Made by a program: the position numbers and the translations under genes. From an uncultured virus (IMG/VR IMGVR_UViG_3300023180_000040) (lineage: Duplodnaviria; Heunggongvirae; Uroviricota; Caudoviricetes), in the IMG/VR virus record IMGVR_UViG_3300023180_000040, positions 1 to 64,000 of that record: a stretch of 64,000 bases of DNA; one strand, given 5' to 3'. How positions within the stretch are numbered: the stretch's first letter is position 1; each line of letters opens with the position of its first letter. The notes beneath the pieces were generated by a model. That model was not told the DNA's origin. It was given only the letters and a program-made list of their open reading frames with translations, and did not search any database. This document shows, in pieces, positions 1-9,453 of this stretch.

Positions 1-1
1 G

Positions 2-1141
2 CTAAAGAACAGATTTAAAACAAAAAAGAATAAGTATTGGAAAAGTCAGATTAACCCAGACAAGTTTGCTGTTGAAGCGCTTTACTTTGATGTGAGTCAG
101 GCAGGGGAGTCTGTTGCAATAGATGAAATCTTTATTGATCCTCTCACTCCCGGGTGTATAATGCATTTTTATTATTCAACTGATGACTCTTTAACTAGTT
201 GGGAAAACAAATTATGGAATCCCATTCCTCGTCATTATGTTTTATCAAAAGAGAGTTATCAATTACCTAATACTATTTATGCAAAATATATAAAAATTGA
301 ATTTTCTAAACTCGCAACAACTCCGTACAATTTTCCAAATACTCAAGAAAAAATAAAATATCGGTTATTTCCCACTTGGGTTGAAGAACTAGCAAAAGAC
401 TTTATCTCAGTTGTTAACACTCCAACAACGGACTCTAATCAATATTCTGAAGTAAAAACTACTTTTATTAATACCGGAATTGTAACTCCAGAGTCTGATA
501 AATTAACTTCTGAAATTTCAAAAAGTGTTGTTGATTTTATTAAAGAAAACGTAAAAAGCACAGTACTTGATGAATATCAGGTCTGGAAAAACCCAGAACA
601 AGAAACTAGTCGTAGTTCTCAAATATCTGATGTTAATTTTTATCCAAATACTGTTGATAACTTATATCACAATAGTCTTTTACAAACAGTAACAAATCGC
701 GTTTCTGATTCAAAGTTTCAAACATTGTTGCAATCTTTAGACACAAATTCTTGGAAAACAGAGAATTACATACTGCCAAAAACATTAGTTAATGTTTCTT
801 CTAAATCAAATAGAGTTCCTATTGAAGAAGAAAAAAATTGGCCCGATATGTGGTTTATGAAAAAATGTCGTCATGCTTATAAAATTGTCGAATCTCCAAG
901 AAATGCACAAGTTGGTTATTATGTAGGAATTAAAGATATTAAATTTTATAAAAGAGATAAAACTAAAACTTTTGATGATAGAAATTATATAATTACATTA
1001 AATGACGAAAGTTTTATTGAAAAAAATGAATTTTCTGCAAACGATTGGAGATGGACATTAAGCGCAGATTCTTTAATTTCTACAGGAGAAAATGTGATGC
1101 CTGAGTTTGCATCTGAAAATTTTGATGGGGTGGCGTTTTAA
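2..1141 (+). CDS. Baseplate-wedge-like virion protein, 5' partial
   Basis: Frame is open back to the window edge (LKNRF...YWKSQINPDKFAVEALYFDV). Beta-rich 'AKYIKIEFSKL' segment; heads a structural operon. Confidence 0.55.
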   Translation, partial: LKNRFKTKKNKYWKSQINPDKFAVEALYFDVSQAGESVAIDEIFIDPLTPGCIMHFYYSTDDSLTSWENKLWNPIPRHYVLSKESYQLPNTIYAKYIKIEFSKLATTPYNFPNTQEKIKYRLFPTWVEELAKDFISVVNTPTTDSNQYSEVKTTFINTGIVTPESDKLTSEISKSVVDFIKENVKSTVLDEYQVWKNPEQETSRSSQISDVNFYPNTVDNLYHNSLLQTVTNRVSDSKFQTLLQSLDTNSWKTENYILPKTLVNVSSKSNRVPIEEEKNWPDMWFMKKCRHAYKIVESPRNAQVGYYVGIKDIKFYKRDKTKTFDDRNYIITLNDESFIEKNEFSANDWRWTLSADSLISTGENVMPEFASENFDGVAF

Positions 1142-4100
1142 ATGGCATATTTAGAATATGGATTAGTCTCAGATGGTAGTGGAACTGTAGAATTATTTTC
1201 TGATCCTTCTTATACAGTTAGAGCATGTAATCTTTTTATAAAAGAAGTTTCAATTTCTAACTATGATCAGCAGTACCATACTTATTACCAACAAAAAGTA
1301 GATGGAAAATGGGCAATTAGTAACGAATATTATTTTACTAATGGGTCTGTCCCAACAATAGGAACTGTTTTAACAAAAAACCAAGAAAATTGGGTGTATG
1401 CTGGAATAAATCAGGGAACTTTAAATGACTATACTCAGTTTATAGCAAACTCTCAAAATCAATTTCAATTAGAAACTGGAGTCCCTATCAATAATAATGC
1501 TAATGGAAATTATGACGACGGAATTGCTGTTCCAGTTAATGGAACAGTTGAGTTTGAAACTATTTATGATGATAATTTATTAGAAGGTTCTTTTAGTACA
1601 GGAACTCATTACCTTCAAATGGCATTATGGGACTTACCGGGTACAGCAGATCCTACAACAATAGACTTAAGCGCTAGTACTGTCACTTTTAGTTCTTCTT
1701 TAAATCTAGACCCTGCAAATACTGTTACAATACCATTTGATTCAAGCGAATTAGAGATACCAATAATTGACGCTGGGACCGCAGACCATTTATGGAAAAT
1801 TAATAGAAATGTTTTGACAAATCAATCAATTCCTGATTCTGGAGTCGTTGATCTTTCATCTTTAAAAAGAATTAAATTTAATATAGTTAGCAATGGTGGG
1901 TCTTTTGTATTTAGAACTGGTCAACTAAAAATGGTTCCAACCACATATTCACACTCTTATGCTAATGTAAATAATAAAACTGGAGTTTTGAGTAGAGAAA
2001 CTTGGCCCACTGTATCTCAAAATGATATGCCTGTTTTAATACAAAATGGTTTAAAAGTTAAAGATTTTACATATGTTGCAAAAATTAGTTTGCAGACTGC
2101 GCCGAGTTCTGGAACAACAGAATTTTCCATGTTTGGGAGAGTAAATCCTGATTTTATTTTTGGAACAGCGGCTATTAGTGGTGGTAGTGTTACTTATCCA
2201 AGTACCAGCGGTGTATATCCCGGGACTGCTTTTTATCCTACGATTGCAGCAGACGCTAATTCATATTTACGTTCTAAATTGTTAATTACATCAAATAATA
2301 TAGAAATTAAAATGTATGAAGACCATTTAGGTAATTTAGATAATGAAGTTTTTAATATTATCCACGACGAACCCATAACGCAAGGAGATTATTTTTTTGT
2401 AACAAACTTTGTTGGAAATAAATGGGAATCAATATTATTTTCAAGTGAAGATGGCTCTGGTTTTGTAAAAGAAAGAATTATTGAAACAGGAAAACAAAAT
2501 ATTTCTAATCCTTGGCTTAGAGGCAAAGTCTTAGATATAGATTTAGATGATTATGGTAAAGGGTATGCAGGATATCAATTTAAACCTTCTGAAGTAGGTG
2601 GATTTAATGTAGATTACATTTATTCAAAAGAAGCAGTTCTTGCAGAATATGAATCTAAAACTTTTAATTCTTATAGTCCTGTAAAAGCAGTCAGTTTATT
2701 TTCAAGTTCTGTTCCAGATATTGAATTACTATCTGGAAATATTGAAGATTTTGAAAGAGTACAAAATACTAACAATTTTAATTTTTCAGGAAAAACAGAA
2801 TGCGGCTTTATTGCAAATCCACAAAATGCAGATATTGATGATGTTGTTGTAGAAGAAGATACAAATATATTTTATAGATCAAAATCTCTTAAAATTATTA
2901 AAAAAGAAGATGCAAAAATTGCTGCTGTTCAATATAAGTCAAAATTAAAAATTAATGATTTTTCAAAACTTATATTTAAAACAAAAATAAGATTTAATGA
3001 TTTATTAAATGTTGGAGATTTTAGAATTGTATTTTGGAACGAAAATAAAACAAGAGTTCTTTATCTTCAAGATTTGCCCGATCTTGTACCAAACGAATGG
3101 AATGAAGTTGATATTCCATTATCAACTAATGTGCTTTATAATAATCAATTTGTTTTAGAAATTGGTCATTATGGAGAAATAGAACCTATCCCACCCATTA
3201 CAGATCCCTATGGATATTTTTGGATTGAAGATGTTCAACTAACGCTAGAGGCAGTAGAATGGGAAGCATCAAATAACGACGGAAGAACTTATGTTCCATT
3301 TTTAGATGCAATCAATGGAGAATACAAATCTATCAATTTTGCATCTCAAAATTACTATACATCAATCATTAATAAAAATCCTTATATACTTTGGGAATTT
3401 AATACAGGGGATGCTGGATATGTGCTGCCAAAAGACGACGTTAGTTATACGGTTGGAGAATTTATAACAACAAGTATTGGTAGCCTAAATGACTATCTTG
3501 TGAATACTCCCGGCTGGTTATCTCCAACAGGAGAGTCAATTGCAATTTCTGGAGTAGGTTCTGTTGGAGCAAATGATTATTATATTCCTGAAAGTGTTAA
3601 AAAGTTTAAAAATAACAAAGCAATTGCAATTTATGGAGGTACTGAAAGTTATTTAGAAACAAGAGGAACTGTAACTTTAGGAGAAATATTTGGAATTGGA
3701 GTGGGTTCTGCAACAAATATAACTGGTTCAATAAGATTTTATACAGACACAATTAATAATGATATTACAATTCTTTCTTGTCAAGATGCTCTTGCTTCTG
3801 ATACAAATAGTTGGTCTTTCTCAATTCAAAATACAAACAATTTAGTCTTTACTTCTAATAATGTAGGAACAGTAACTGCAACTGTTCCTACTTGGAACGA
3901 TCAAAATTGGCATACAGCATGTTTTACATATGACTATCACGGAAGTATTTTAACTTTATACTGGGATGGAGATTTGATCGCTAATGAAAACTTGTCATCA
4001 GATCTAATTTTTGATTATAAATTAAAAATACCGGGACCAACAGCAACTATTCCTCATAATACTTTTAATAGTTTTAATCCAGACTACCCGTTTATATTCA

Positions 4101-4393
4101 TAGATAATATCTCTATCCATCAAGAAGTTCTTGATCAAAATGAAATAAATAAGGATTATATTGCAGCAATTTCTGAATATAATAAATTAAAAGTTAGAGC
4201 AAGAGCATACACAACAAACGCTTGGATATATGGATATGAAATAATTCCTCATTATGCAAAGATGGGGAGATTAAGAGAATTGTCTAGCAGATCAATTACT
4301 GTTGACGATTCTTTTTCAGCAACAGAAGATACAAATCAAGGAATTATATTCGATCAGGCTATATTTGATGAGTCTACTTTTGGTAATGATTAG
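1142..4393 (+). CDS. Large virion/baseplate protein with C-terminal LamG/ConA-like domain
   Basis: 1083 aa, beta-rich. C-terminal 'WNDQNWHTACFTYD...LTLYWDG...IDNISIHQEVLDQNEI' is the LamG pattern. Confidence 0.6.
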   Translation: MAYLEYGLVSDGSGTVELFSDPSYTVRACNLFIKEVSISNYDQQYHTYYQQKVDGKWAISNEYYFTNGSVPTIGTVLTKNQENWVYAGINQGTLNDYTQFIANSQNQFQLETGVPINNNANGNYDDGIAVPVNGTVEFETIYDDNLLEGSFSTGTHYLQMALWDLPGTADPTTIDLSASTVTFSSSLNLDPANTVTIPFDSSELEIPIIDAGTADHLWKINRNVLTNQSIPDSGVVDLSSLKRIKFNIVSNGGSFVFRTGQLKMVPTTYSHSYANVNNKTGVLSRETWPTVSQNDMPVLIQNGLKVKDFTYVAKISLQTAPSSGTTEFSMFGRVNPDFIFGTAAISGGSVTYPSTSGVYPGTAFYPTIAADANSYLRSKLLITSNNIEIKMYEDHLGNLDNEVFNIIHDEPITQGDYFFVTNFVGNKWESILFSSEDGSGFVKERIIETGKQNISNPWLRGKVLDIDLDDYGKGYAGYQFKPSEVGGFNVDYIYSKEAVLAEYESKTFNSYSPVKAVSLFSSSVPDIELLSGNIEDFERVQNTNNFNFSGKTECGFIANPQNADIDDVVVEEDTNIFYRSKSLKIIKKEDAKIAAVQYKSKLKINDFSKLIFKTKIRFNDLLNVGDFRIVFWNENKTRVLYLQDLPDLVPNEWNEVDIPLSTNVLYNNQFVLEIGHYGEIEPIPPITDPYGYFWIEDVQLTLEAVEWEASNNDGRTYVPFLDAINGEYKSINFASQNYYTSIINKNPYILWEFNTGDAGYVLPKDDVSYTVGEFITTSIGSLNDYLVNTPGWLSPTGESIAISGVGSVGANDYYIPESVKKFKNNKAIAIYGGTESYLETRGTVTLGEIFGIGVGSATNITGSIRFYTDTINNDITILSCQDALASDTNSWSFSIQNTNNLVFTSNNVGTVTATVPTWNDQNWHTACFTYDYHGSILTLYWDGDLIANENLSSDLIFDYKLKIPGPTATIPHNTFNSFNPDYPFIFIDNISIHQEVLDQNEINKDYIAAISEYNKLKVRARAYTTNAWIYGYEIIPHYAKMGRLRELSSRSITVDDSFSATEDTNQGIIFDQAIFDESTFGND

Positions 4394-4414
4394 GATAAAT
4401 ATTAAGGAACAAAA

Positions 4415-5011
4415 ATGAGTTACACAACACCATCTACTGCCGTTGGTAACGGAACTTTAACCGTTACAATGTGGAATACAGAAGTAAGAGACAATTTAAA
4501 CCATTTAAATAGTTACGCTAACCCAGTAGGAGCCGTTTTACCTTATGCGGGAACTTCTGCCCCTAGTGGATACTTATTGTGCGATGGAGCATCTATCGGT
4601 ACAGCAGATTACCCAGATTTATTCGCAGTTGTTCAATACAATTATGGTGGTAGTGGTACTGCCTTTAATGTTCCAGATCTTTCTACTCGTATGCCTATCG
4701 GTACGGGAAATGGAAGGTCAGAAGGAGATGCTGGAGGAACAGAAAATGTTACTCTTGATGTAACACAAATACCTTCTCACTCTCACGTTGCAACAGATTC
4801 TGGTCACACTCATACATACCCAACAAGTGCTGGTGGTGATAGTTTAGGTGGTGGTGATACTGGAGCATTTGATGTTGCCACTTATGGAGCAAACGGGTCG
4901 CTAACAACAAATACTGGATACGCAAATGTGACAATTAATAATACTGGTGGGGGATCTTCTCACACAAATATGCCACCCTATCTAGTAATGAATTATATTA
5001 TTAAAACATGA
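4415..5011 (+). CDS. Tail-collar domain (short fibre) protein
   Basis: 'PVGAVLPYAGTSAPSGYLLCDG...FNVPDL...GGTENVTL..QIPSHSH...HTNMPPYLVMNYIIK'. Confidence 0.85.
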   Translation: MSYTTPSTAVGNGTLTVTMWNTEVRDNLNHLNSYANPVGAVLPYAGTSAPSGYLLCDGASIGTADYPDLFAVVQYNYGGSGTAFNVPDLSTRMPIGTGNGRSEGDAGGTENVTLDVTQIPSHSHVATDSGHTHTYPTSAGGDSLGGGDTGAFDVATYGANGSLTTNTGYANVTINNTGGGSSHTNMPPYLVMNYIIKT

Positions 5012-5017
5012 TATAAT
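5009..5017 (+). promoter_or_regulatory. Extended -10 promoter TGATATAAT, probably leaderless transcript
   Basis: TGnTATAAT ends 7 nt before the GTG at 5024; no Shine-Dalgarno present. Confidence 0.55.
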
Positions 5018-5023
5018 GTAATA

Positions 5024-5494
5024 GTGATTATTAAATATGGTTCTTTTCAAGAAATAGAAGAACAAATACTTAGTATAGAAGATAAAAAAGGTATTTATCT
5101 TATTGAACCAAAGGGTAAGGGCAACTTACTCATCTCTTCTTTTGCTAATAACCAAACAGAAGAAATACGAGCAGATATGCTTGAGGACTTTCTAAAAGAC
5201 AAAGAAGGAACTCATGCATTTTTTATTGGAGTTCGTCCCCCACGCTGTATTAAGAAGGAACTATCTGATCGTTATAATGTTAAAGAGGCAATAGAATGGT
5301 GTAAAAAAATTATGCATCTATCTATTGGAAACCCCTCTTACGACCAGATAGATTTTTCTTTAGAGAATATTTTAGCCATAATGAGAGAGGTAGAGGAAGA
5401 ATCAGAGCAAACTCTTGAACTTCTTATAGCGAAAGAAGATCCCCAACTGGATATAGATCTTTCTGATCAGGATCTTTCTGATAACCCATTCTAG
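5024..5494 (+). CDS. Hypothetical protein
   Basis: 156-aa ORF with a promoter directly upstream. Confidence 0.6.
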   Translation: MIIKYGSFQEIEEQILSIEDKKGIYLIEPKGKGNLLISSFANNQTEEIRADMLEDFLKDKEGTHAFFIGVRPPRCIKKELSDRYNVKEAIEWCKKIMHLSIGNPSYDQIDFSLENILAIMREVEEESEQTLELLIAKEDPQLDIDLSDQDLSDNPF

Positions 5495-5672
5495 ACAAAC
5501 TTTTAATGGCGGTCTTTTTTGATGAAAAATTATGCGTGTTGCCAATTTTTACCCATCCGAGGGGTGAGCGTTGGTAAAAATCAAATGCAAATTCTTTAAA
5601 CATTGTGCGCTCTTCTTCATGGACTCTATATAAAAGAGCCACACTTTCATTATCTCTAATCCATACTTCCAT
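5424..5672 (-). CDS. Hypothetical protein
   Basis: 82-aa ORF, RBS AAGGAAAGGA and TGCTATAAT upstream. Confidence 0.55.
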   Translation of the reverse strand: MEVWIRDNESVALLYRVHEEERTMFKEFAFDFYQRSPLGWVKIGNTHNFSSKKTAIKSLSRMGYQKDPDQKDLYPVGDLLSL

Positions 5673-5693
5673 TATTCATCCTTTCCTTTATGT

Positions 5694-5702
5694 ATTATAG
5701 CA
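5694..5702 (-). promoter_or_regulatory. Extended -10 promoter TGCTATAAT
   Basis: Lies just upstream of the RBS and ATG at 5672. Confidence 0.45.
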
Positions 5703-5828
5703 GCAGCACCATACAGTATGTCAAGCAAAGCGGCGCTATAAATAATAATAAACTGTCCTATCATCTTCTTATATACTACTCCTTTCTTATATAGTAAGTT
5801 TGCAATTAGTGTTACTAACCCAAAAATA

Positions 5829-5851
5829 AAGGCCCGCTTTATGCGGGCCTT
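5829..5851 (-). terminator. Intrinsic terminator after the tmRNA/tRNA-Met
   Basis: Stem AAGGCCCGC/GCGGGCCTT with a 5-nt loop, then TATTTTT on the minus strand. Confidence 0.7.
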
Positions 5852-5879
5852 CTTAATTTTATTTTTGTTATGTAACATA

Positions 5880-5952
5880 TAGCGGGGGAAGGATTCGAAC
5901 CTTCGATCTTCGACGCATGAAGCCGACGAGATAACCACTTCTCCACCCCGCG
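5880..5952 (-). tRNA. tRNA-Met(CAU), initiator-like, no encoded CCA
   Basis: Cloverleaf CGCGGGG...TCGGC-TTCATGC-GTCGA...GAAGG-TTCGAAT-CCTTC-CCCCGCT-A; C1/U72 mismatch and A11-U24. Confidence 0.9.
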
Positions 5953-5957
5953 TTGTA

Positions 5958-6239
5958 TGGAGATGACCGGCTCTGCCCCGGTGTCCCATATAGTTCCCTC
6001 AAATCAACTTATACAGCATATTATACTACATTGTACTTCGGTTTACTACTGTGCTTAGTAGTTGTAGACTAAGCGGCTACTCCAGCAAATTCCTCTACCC
6101 ATGAGGCGGGGAAAGTGTCTGGAACGATGACTTCATTTAAGTTGCCATTTATGTTTATTTGCTTATCCAAGCAGGAGTTATGAGGTAACTAACCGCTGAT
6201 TGATTTGGCTTCTCTATAGGTCGAAACTAATTCATCCCC
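5958..6239 (-). ncRNA. ssrA: tmRNA; tag (A)GNLNEVIVPDTFPASWVEEFAGVAA* at 6146-6069
   Basis: 5' GGGGATGAATTAGTTTCGAC; 3' GACACCGG-GGCAGAG-CCGGTCATCTCC-A. Acceptor stem with G3-U70; ATAAAT before the resume codon; tag ends in VAA-stop. Confidence 0.9.
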
Positions 6240-6252
6240 AAGTAACCACTAT

Positions 6253-7347
6253 TTAATTGTTCGTTTTTTCTTCTTTTTCTAGTTTAGCATATTTCATTGC
6301 TTGTCCAATAACTTGATGCATATCATAGTATTTATAGTTGCCAAGCCTACCTCCAAAAATAACTTTTGGTGCTTTTACCTTAGCCATTTTTCTATATTCA
6401 TTATATAGATCGTTGTTTTTCTTATCGTTTATTGGGTAATAAGGTTCGCCAAACTTTGTAGGAAATTCTCTAGTAATGATTGTTTTGTCTGTTTTTAGTC
6501 CGGGGTAGAAATGCTTATGCTCAACAATTCTCGTATGAGGAATAAACTTTTCTGTATAATTTATTTGGGCACAACCTTGATAATATTCAGACTCATAAAC
6601 TTCATTTACAAGATCTAATGAACGATATTCAAGTTTACCCAGTTCATAATCAAAAAACTCATCAATTGGTCCTGTGTAAACGACTTTATGAGCCAATTCT
6701 TTAAGATGATGAGCATATGGCATATTTGTTAGATATGGAATATCTTTAAGAATATTAGATATCATATCTGTATATCCGTTTACTGGGATACCCTGATAAG
6801 TATCATTAAAATAGTTATCATCAAAAGTCATACGAATAGGAAGACGTTTAATAATATCTGCTGGCAACTCTGACGGAGGTTTGCCCCACTGCTTCTCTGT
6901 ATAGCCTTTAATAAGCGTTTTATAAACTTCTGGACCTACTTGTGATATTGCCCAAGTTTCTAAATTAGATTGTTTGTTTGGTAGTTCGTTCCATTGTTCA
7001 ATCCAACCTTGCAATTGTTTAATACTAGAAGCATTAGCAATTTCATTAAATGTTTTTAAATTGAAAGGTAAAGTATAAAATTTTCTTTTATAGAATGCCT
7101 TAACCCTATGAGTATAATTATTAAACTCTGCATATTTATTTACAAAATCCCAAATATCTTGATTTGATGTATGAAAAATATGAGGACCATATTTATGAAC
7201 ATGAATGCCCTCATGCTTTTCTGTATATACGTTGCCGCCAATATGCTCTCGCTTATCAATTACTAAACAACTTTTTCCAGAATCGGTCATGATGCGAGCA
7301 AACGTTGCTCCAAATAATCCTGCTCCAACCACTAGATAGTCATACAT
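6253..7347 (-). CDS. glf: UDP-galactopyranose mutase
   Basis: 'YDYLVVGAGLFGA', 'HKYGPHIFHT', 'YTEKQWG', 'GRLGNYKYYDMHQVI'. Confidence 0.95.
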   Translation of the reverse strand: MYDYLVVGAGLFGATFARIMTDSGKSCLVIDKREHIGGNVYTEKHEGIHVHKYGPHIFHTSNQDIWDFVNKYAEFNNYTHRVKAFYKRKFYTLPFNLKTFNEIANASSIKQLQGWIEQWNELPNKQSNLETWAISQVGPEVYKTLIKGYTEKQWGKPPSELPADIIKRLPIRMTFDDNYFNDTYQGIPVNGYTDMISNILKDIPYLTNMPYAHHLKELAHKVVYTGPIDEFFDYELGKLEYRSLDLVNEVYESEYYQGCAQINYTEKFIPHTRIVEHKHFYPGLKTDKTIITREFPTKFGEPYYPINDKKNNDLYNEYRKMAKVKAPKVIFGGRLGNYKYYDMHQVIGQAMKYAKLEKEEKTNN

Positions 7348-7776
7348 CTAATTATTACTCCAATCTTCTGCCGTGCGAGCCTTAATCATCTTGATATCAG
7401 GAAAACCATGCCTAAAATCAATCTCGCCATATTCATCATTACTTACAGAATAATAGACCTTACGAATACCCGCATCGTAAAGGTGGGCCATACAAGACTT
7501 ACAGGGCTTGCTATTAGTGCGATTCTTACTCTTGGCAGATAGAGTTACAAGAAAACAATCTGCTCCTTCAAGGAACTTAGGGTTAGCCCTCCAAAGGGCA
7601 TGAATCTCTGCATGAATAGAAATATAACTCTGCAACTTAAGATCGGACATATGCGCCCATCCGGTACTAATCTCTCCATCTCTATGGATAAGGGCACCGA
7701 CCTGAAAGCGCTTAAGTGTAGAGCGCTCTGCCATATTCTCAGTTACAGCAAGAAACTCTTCAATCTTATTAGCCAT
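7348..7776 (-). CDS. Cytidine/dCMP deaminase-family zinc protein
   Basis: HAE...PCKSC motif, 'GIRKVYYS'. Confidence 0.85.
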   Translation of the reverse strand: MANKIEEFLAVTENMAERSTLKRFQVGALIHRDGEISTGWAHMSDLKLQSYISIHAEIHALWRANPKFLEGADCFLVTLSAKSKNRTNSKPCKSCMAHLYDAGIRKVYYSVSNDEYGEIDFRHGFPDIKMIKARTAEDWSNN

Positions 7777-7779
7777 TAA

Positions 7780-7872
7780 TTACTCCTTATCTGGAAGTTT
7801 TTCTACCCACCAGTCGCAAGCCGATGGAGCCGCATCCAGCCGTGCGCGTATCTCTGCGAGGCGGTCACTCAT
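7780..7872 (-). CDS. 30-aa micro-ORF, possible remnant (MSDRLAEIRARLDAAPSACDWWVEKLPDKE)
   Basis: ATGA overlap with the upstream ORF, RBS AAGGA, GC-richer codons. Confidence 0.4.
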   Translation of the reverse strand: MSDRLAEIRARLDAAPSACDWWVEKLPDKE

Positions 7873-8030
7873 ACTGTTTCCTTTAGCAGACGTTCAAGTT
7901 CATTCAACAACCATTCAATATCGCTTTGCATCTTATCTCGCAACTGCGCGTCTAGATCTGCACTCAACCCTGCTGGATAATAATTAGCCTGTGCCAATGT
8001 AGTGCGAATTTCTTTAATTCGATAACTCAT
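7869..8030 (-). CDS. 53-aa small protein (MSYRIKEIRTTLAQA...SDIEWLLNELERLLKETV)
   Basis: GGAGG RBS, fills the gap in the operon; below the ORF-track cutoff. Confidence 0.55.
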   Translation of the reverse strand: MSYRIKEIRTTLAQANYYPAGLSADLDAQLRDKMQSDIEWLLNELERLLKETV

Positions 8031-8032
8031 TA

Positions 8033-8560
8033 TCAACCTCCAAACTGCTGAATATAAGAATACATTGCGATACCGCTAGCCACTCCAACATTAAGAGAGC
8101 GGGTAGATCCAAACTGAGGAATATAAACAACGTCGTCAGCAAGATCCATAGCCTTGTCGGTAACTCCAATGCTTTCCTGCCCAAAAACCATAATAGTCTT
8201 TTCGTTCCAATCATACTCACGGATATCCTGTGCATTATTGTAGTTTTCAAATACTACCACACGATAGTCAGGATGAGCATCTACCGTATTCTGTAGAGAT
8301 GCACCAAACTTAAGATGCTCATAGTGATGAGTACCGACAGCACCGCGACGGTCCCACCTTCGACGCCCAAGAATCCATACTTCTTTTCCAGTAAAAGCAT
8401 TACAATTACGAATGGTAGTGGAAATATTAAAATCCTTGTCAAAGTTTTCGATTGCAACAACAAACGGAAACCTCACCTTATCTAAAGATGCCTTAATAGC
8501 ATCCTCATTCCAATACTTATAGTAATCAATAACATTACGGCTGTCAGTGGCTGTATTCAA
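8033..8560 (-). CDS. SpoU/TrmH-family RNA 2'-O-methyltransferase
   Basis: 'NISTTIRNCNAF', 'MVFGQESIGV', 'YIPQFGSTRSLNVGVASGIAMY'. Confidence 0.9.
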   Translation of the reverse strand: MNTATDSRNVIDYYKYWNEDAIKASLDKVRFPFVVAIENFDKDFNISTTIRNCNAFTGKEVWILGRRRWDRRGAVGTHHYEHLKFGASLQNTVDAHPDYRVVVFENYNNAQDIREYDWNEKTIMVFGQESIGVTDKAMDLADDVVYIPQFGSTRSLNVGVASGIAMYSYIQQFGG

Positions 8561-8747
8561 ATTACAGTCCTTTCTCTATATTATTTTAATAATGGAGAGT
8601 TATCATATAACGGTCCATGCTCATCTTGAACTATAGCATAAGCATGAAAAATGTCTATGTTATAGATATCACATATAACTTCAATTGAAGATATCATATT
8701 ATCAGGATATTTTTCTATTGCATATAATATTTGTTGATTAGTCATAG

Positions 8748-8819
8748 TGGCCCCACTAGGATTCGAACCTAGACCTGAAGGATTAAAAGTCCCCTACGCT
8801 GCCATTACGCCATAGAGCC
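8748..8819 (-). tRNA. tRNA-Lys(UUU), no CCA
   Basis: GGCTCTA...GGGGA-CTTTTAA-TCCTT...CTAGG-TTCGAAT-CCTAG-TGGGGCC-A. Confidence 0.9.
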
Positions 8820-8911
8820 ATATATTAATCTTTAAGTCCCCAATATAAAAACCATAAGAATATTATAACAAGGACTACAAAGAAAAACCAGTCATACCAC
8901 TGCCAATTCAA

Positions 8912-9136
8912 TTAGTTTTCTTTCTGTTTCCATCTTTTATAGTTTATCACATAAATCGTTATGTATCCAACGGTGAGTAAGATAAATCCGTATTGTTTAG
9001 TCATTATACCATAAAAAGTCCAAAGGATTTCTAGGCAACCTAAATAAATCCAAGCCCAAAGTCGGTATTTCCCTACATTCCACATTCCAATTAAACTGAG
9101 TACTGCAAGCACCCAAGAAAGTATATAGATATTCAT
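8912..9136 (-). CDS. Small membrane protein, PnuC-like
   Basis: 74 aa, hydrophobic: 'WAWIYLGCLEILWTFYGIMTKQYGF...NYKRWK'. Confidence 0.6.
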   Translation of the reverse strand: MNIYILSWVLAVLSLIGMWNVGKYRLWAWIYLGCLEILWTFYGIMTKQYGFILLTVGYITIYVINYKRWKQKEN

Positions 9137-9182
9137 AATATTATCCTCTATTACTTATGCTTAGTAATAAAAGATAAATAAA

Positions 9183-9253
9183 ATCCGGGACTAGGATTCG
9201 AACCTAGATTAGAAGGTCCAAAGCCTTCTGTCCTACCATTAGACGATCCCGGA
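9183..9253 (-). tRNA. tRNA-Gln(UUG), no CCA
   Basis: TCCGGGA...GAAGG-CTTTGGA-CCTTC...TTCGAAT...TCCCGGA-T. Confidence 0.9.
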
Positions 9254-9260
9254 GTAAAAC

Positions 9261-9428
9261 TTATTCAGTAACTTGTACTTCTTCTTGTTTAGTGGGTCGC
9301 AACCCAGCCTTTTTAATATTTTTATGCTCTTCTAGCATTTCTTGATGCTTTCGTTGACGTTCAACTTTATTTATTAACGCCCACATTTGATCACGTTGTC
9401 TACGCCACCGATGCTTTGCTCTTGCCAT
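9261..9428 (-). CDS. Small basic hypothetical protein
   Basis: AGGAGG RBS before the ATG of MARAKHRW... Confidence 0.55.
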   Translation of the reverse strand: MARAKHRWRRQRDQMWALINKVERQRKHQEMLEEHKNIKKAGLRPTKQEEVQVTE

Positions 9429-9453
9429 TATTCCTCCTATTTTTAAATAGTGA

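Noticed and set aside
5905..5925. Reading the tRNA at 5880-5952 as a UCA (opal/Sec) suppressor
   Set aside because: The stem pairs only with loop TTCATGC, which centres CAT; the shifted register does not pair.
5672..5989. 105-aa minus-strand ORF in the track
   Set aside because: It runs through the tmRNA 3' end, tRNA-Met, a terminator and a promoter; almost certainly spurious.
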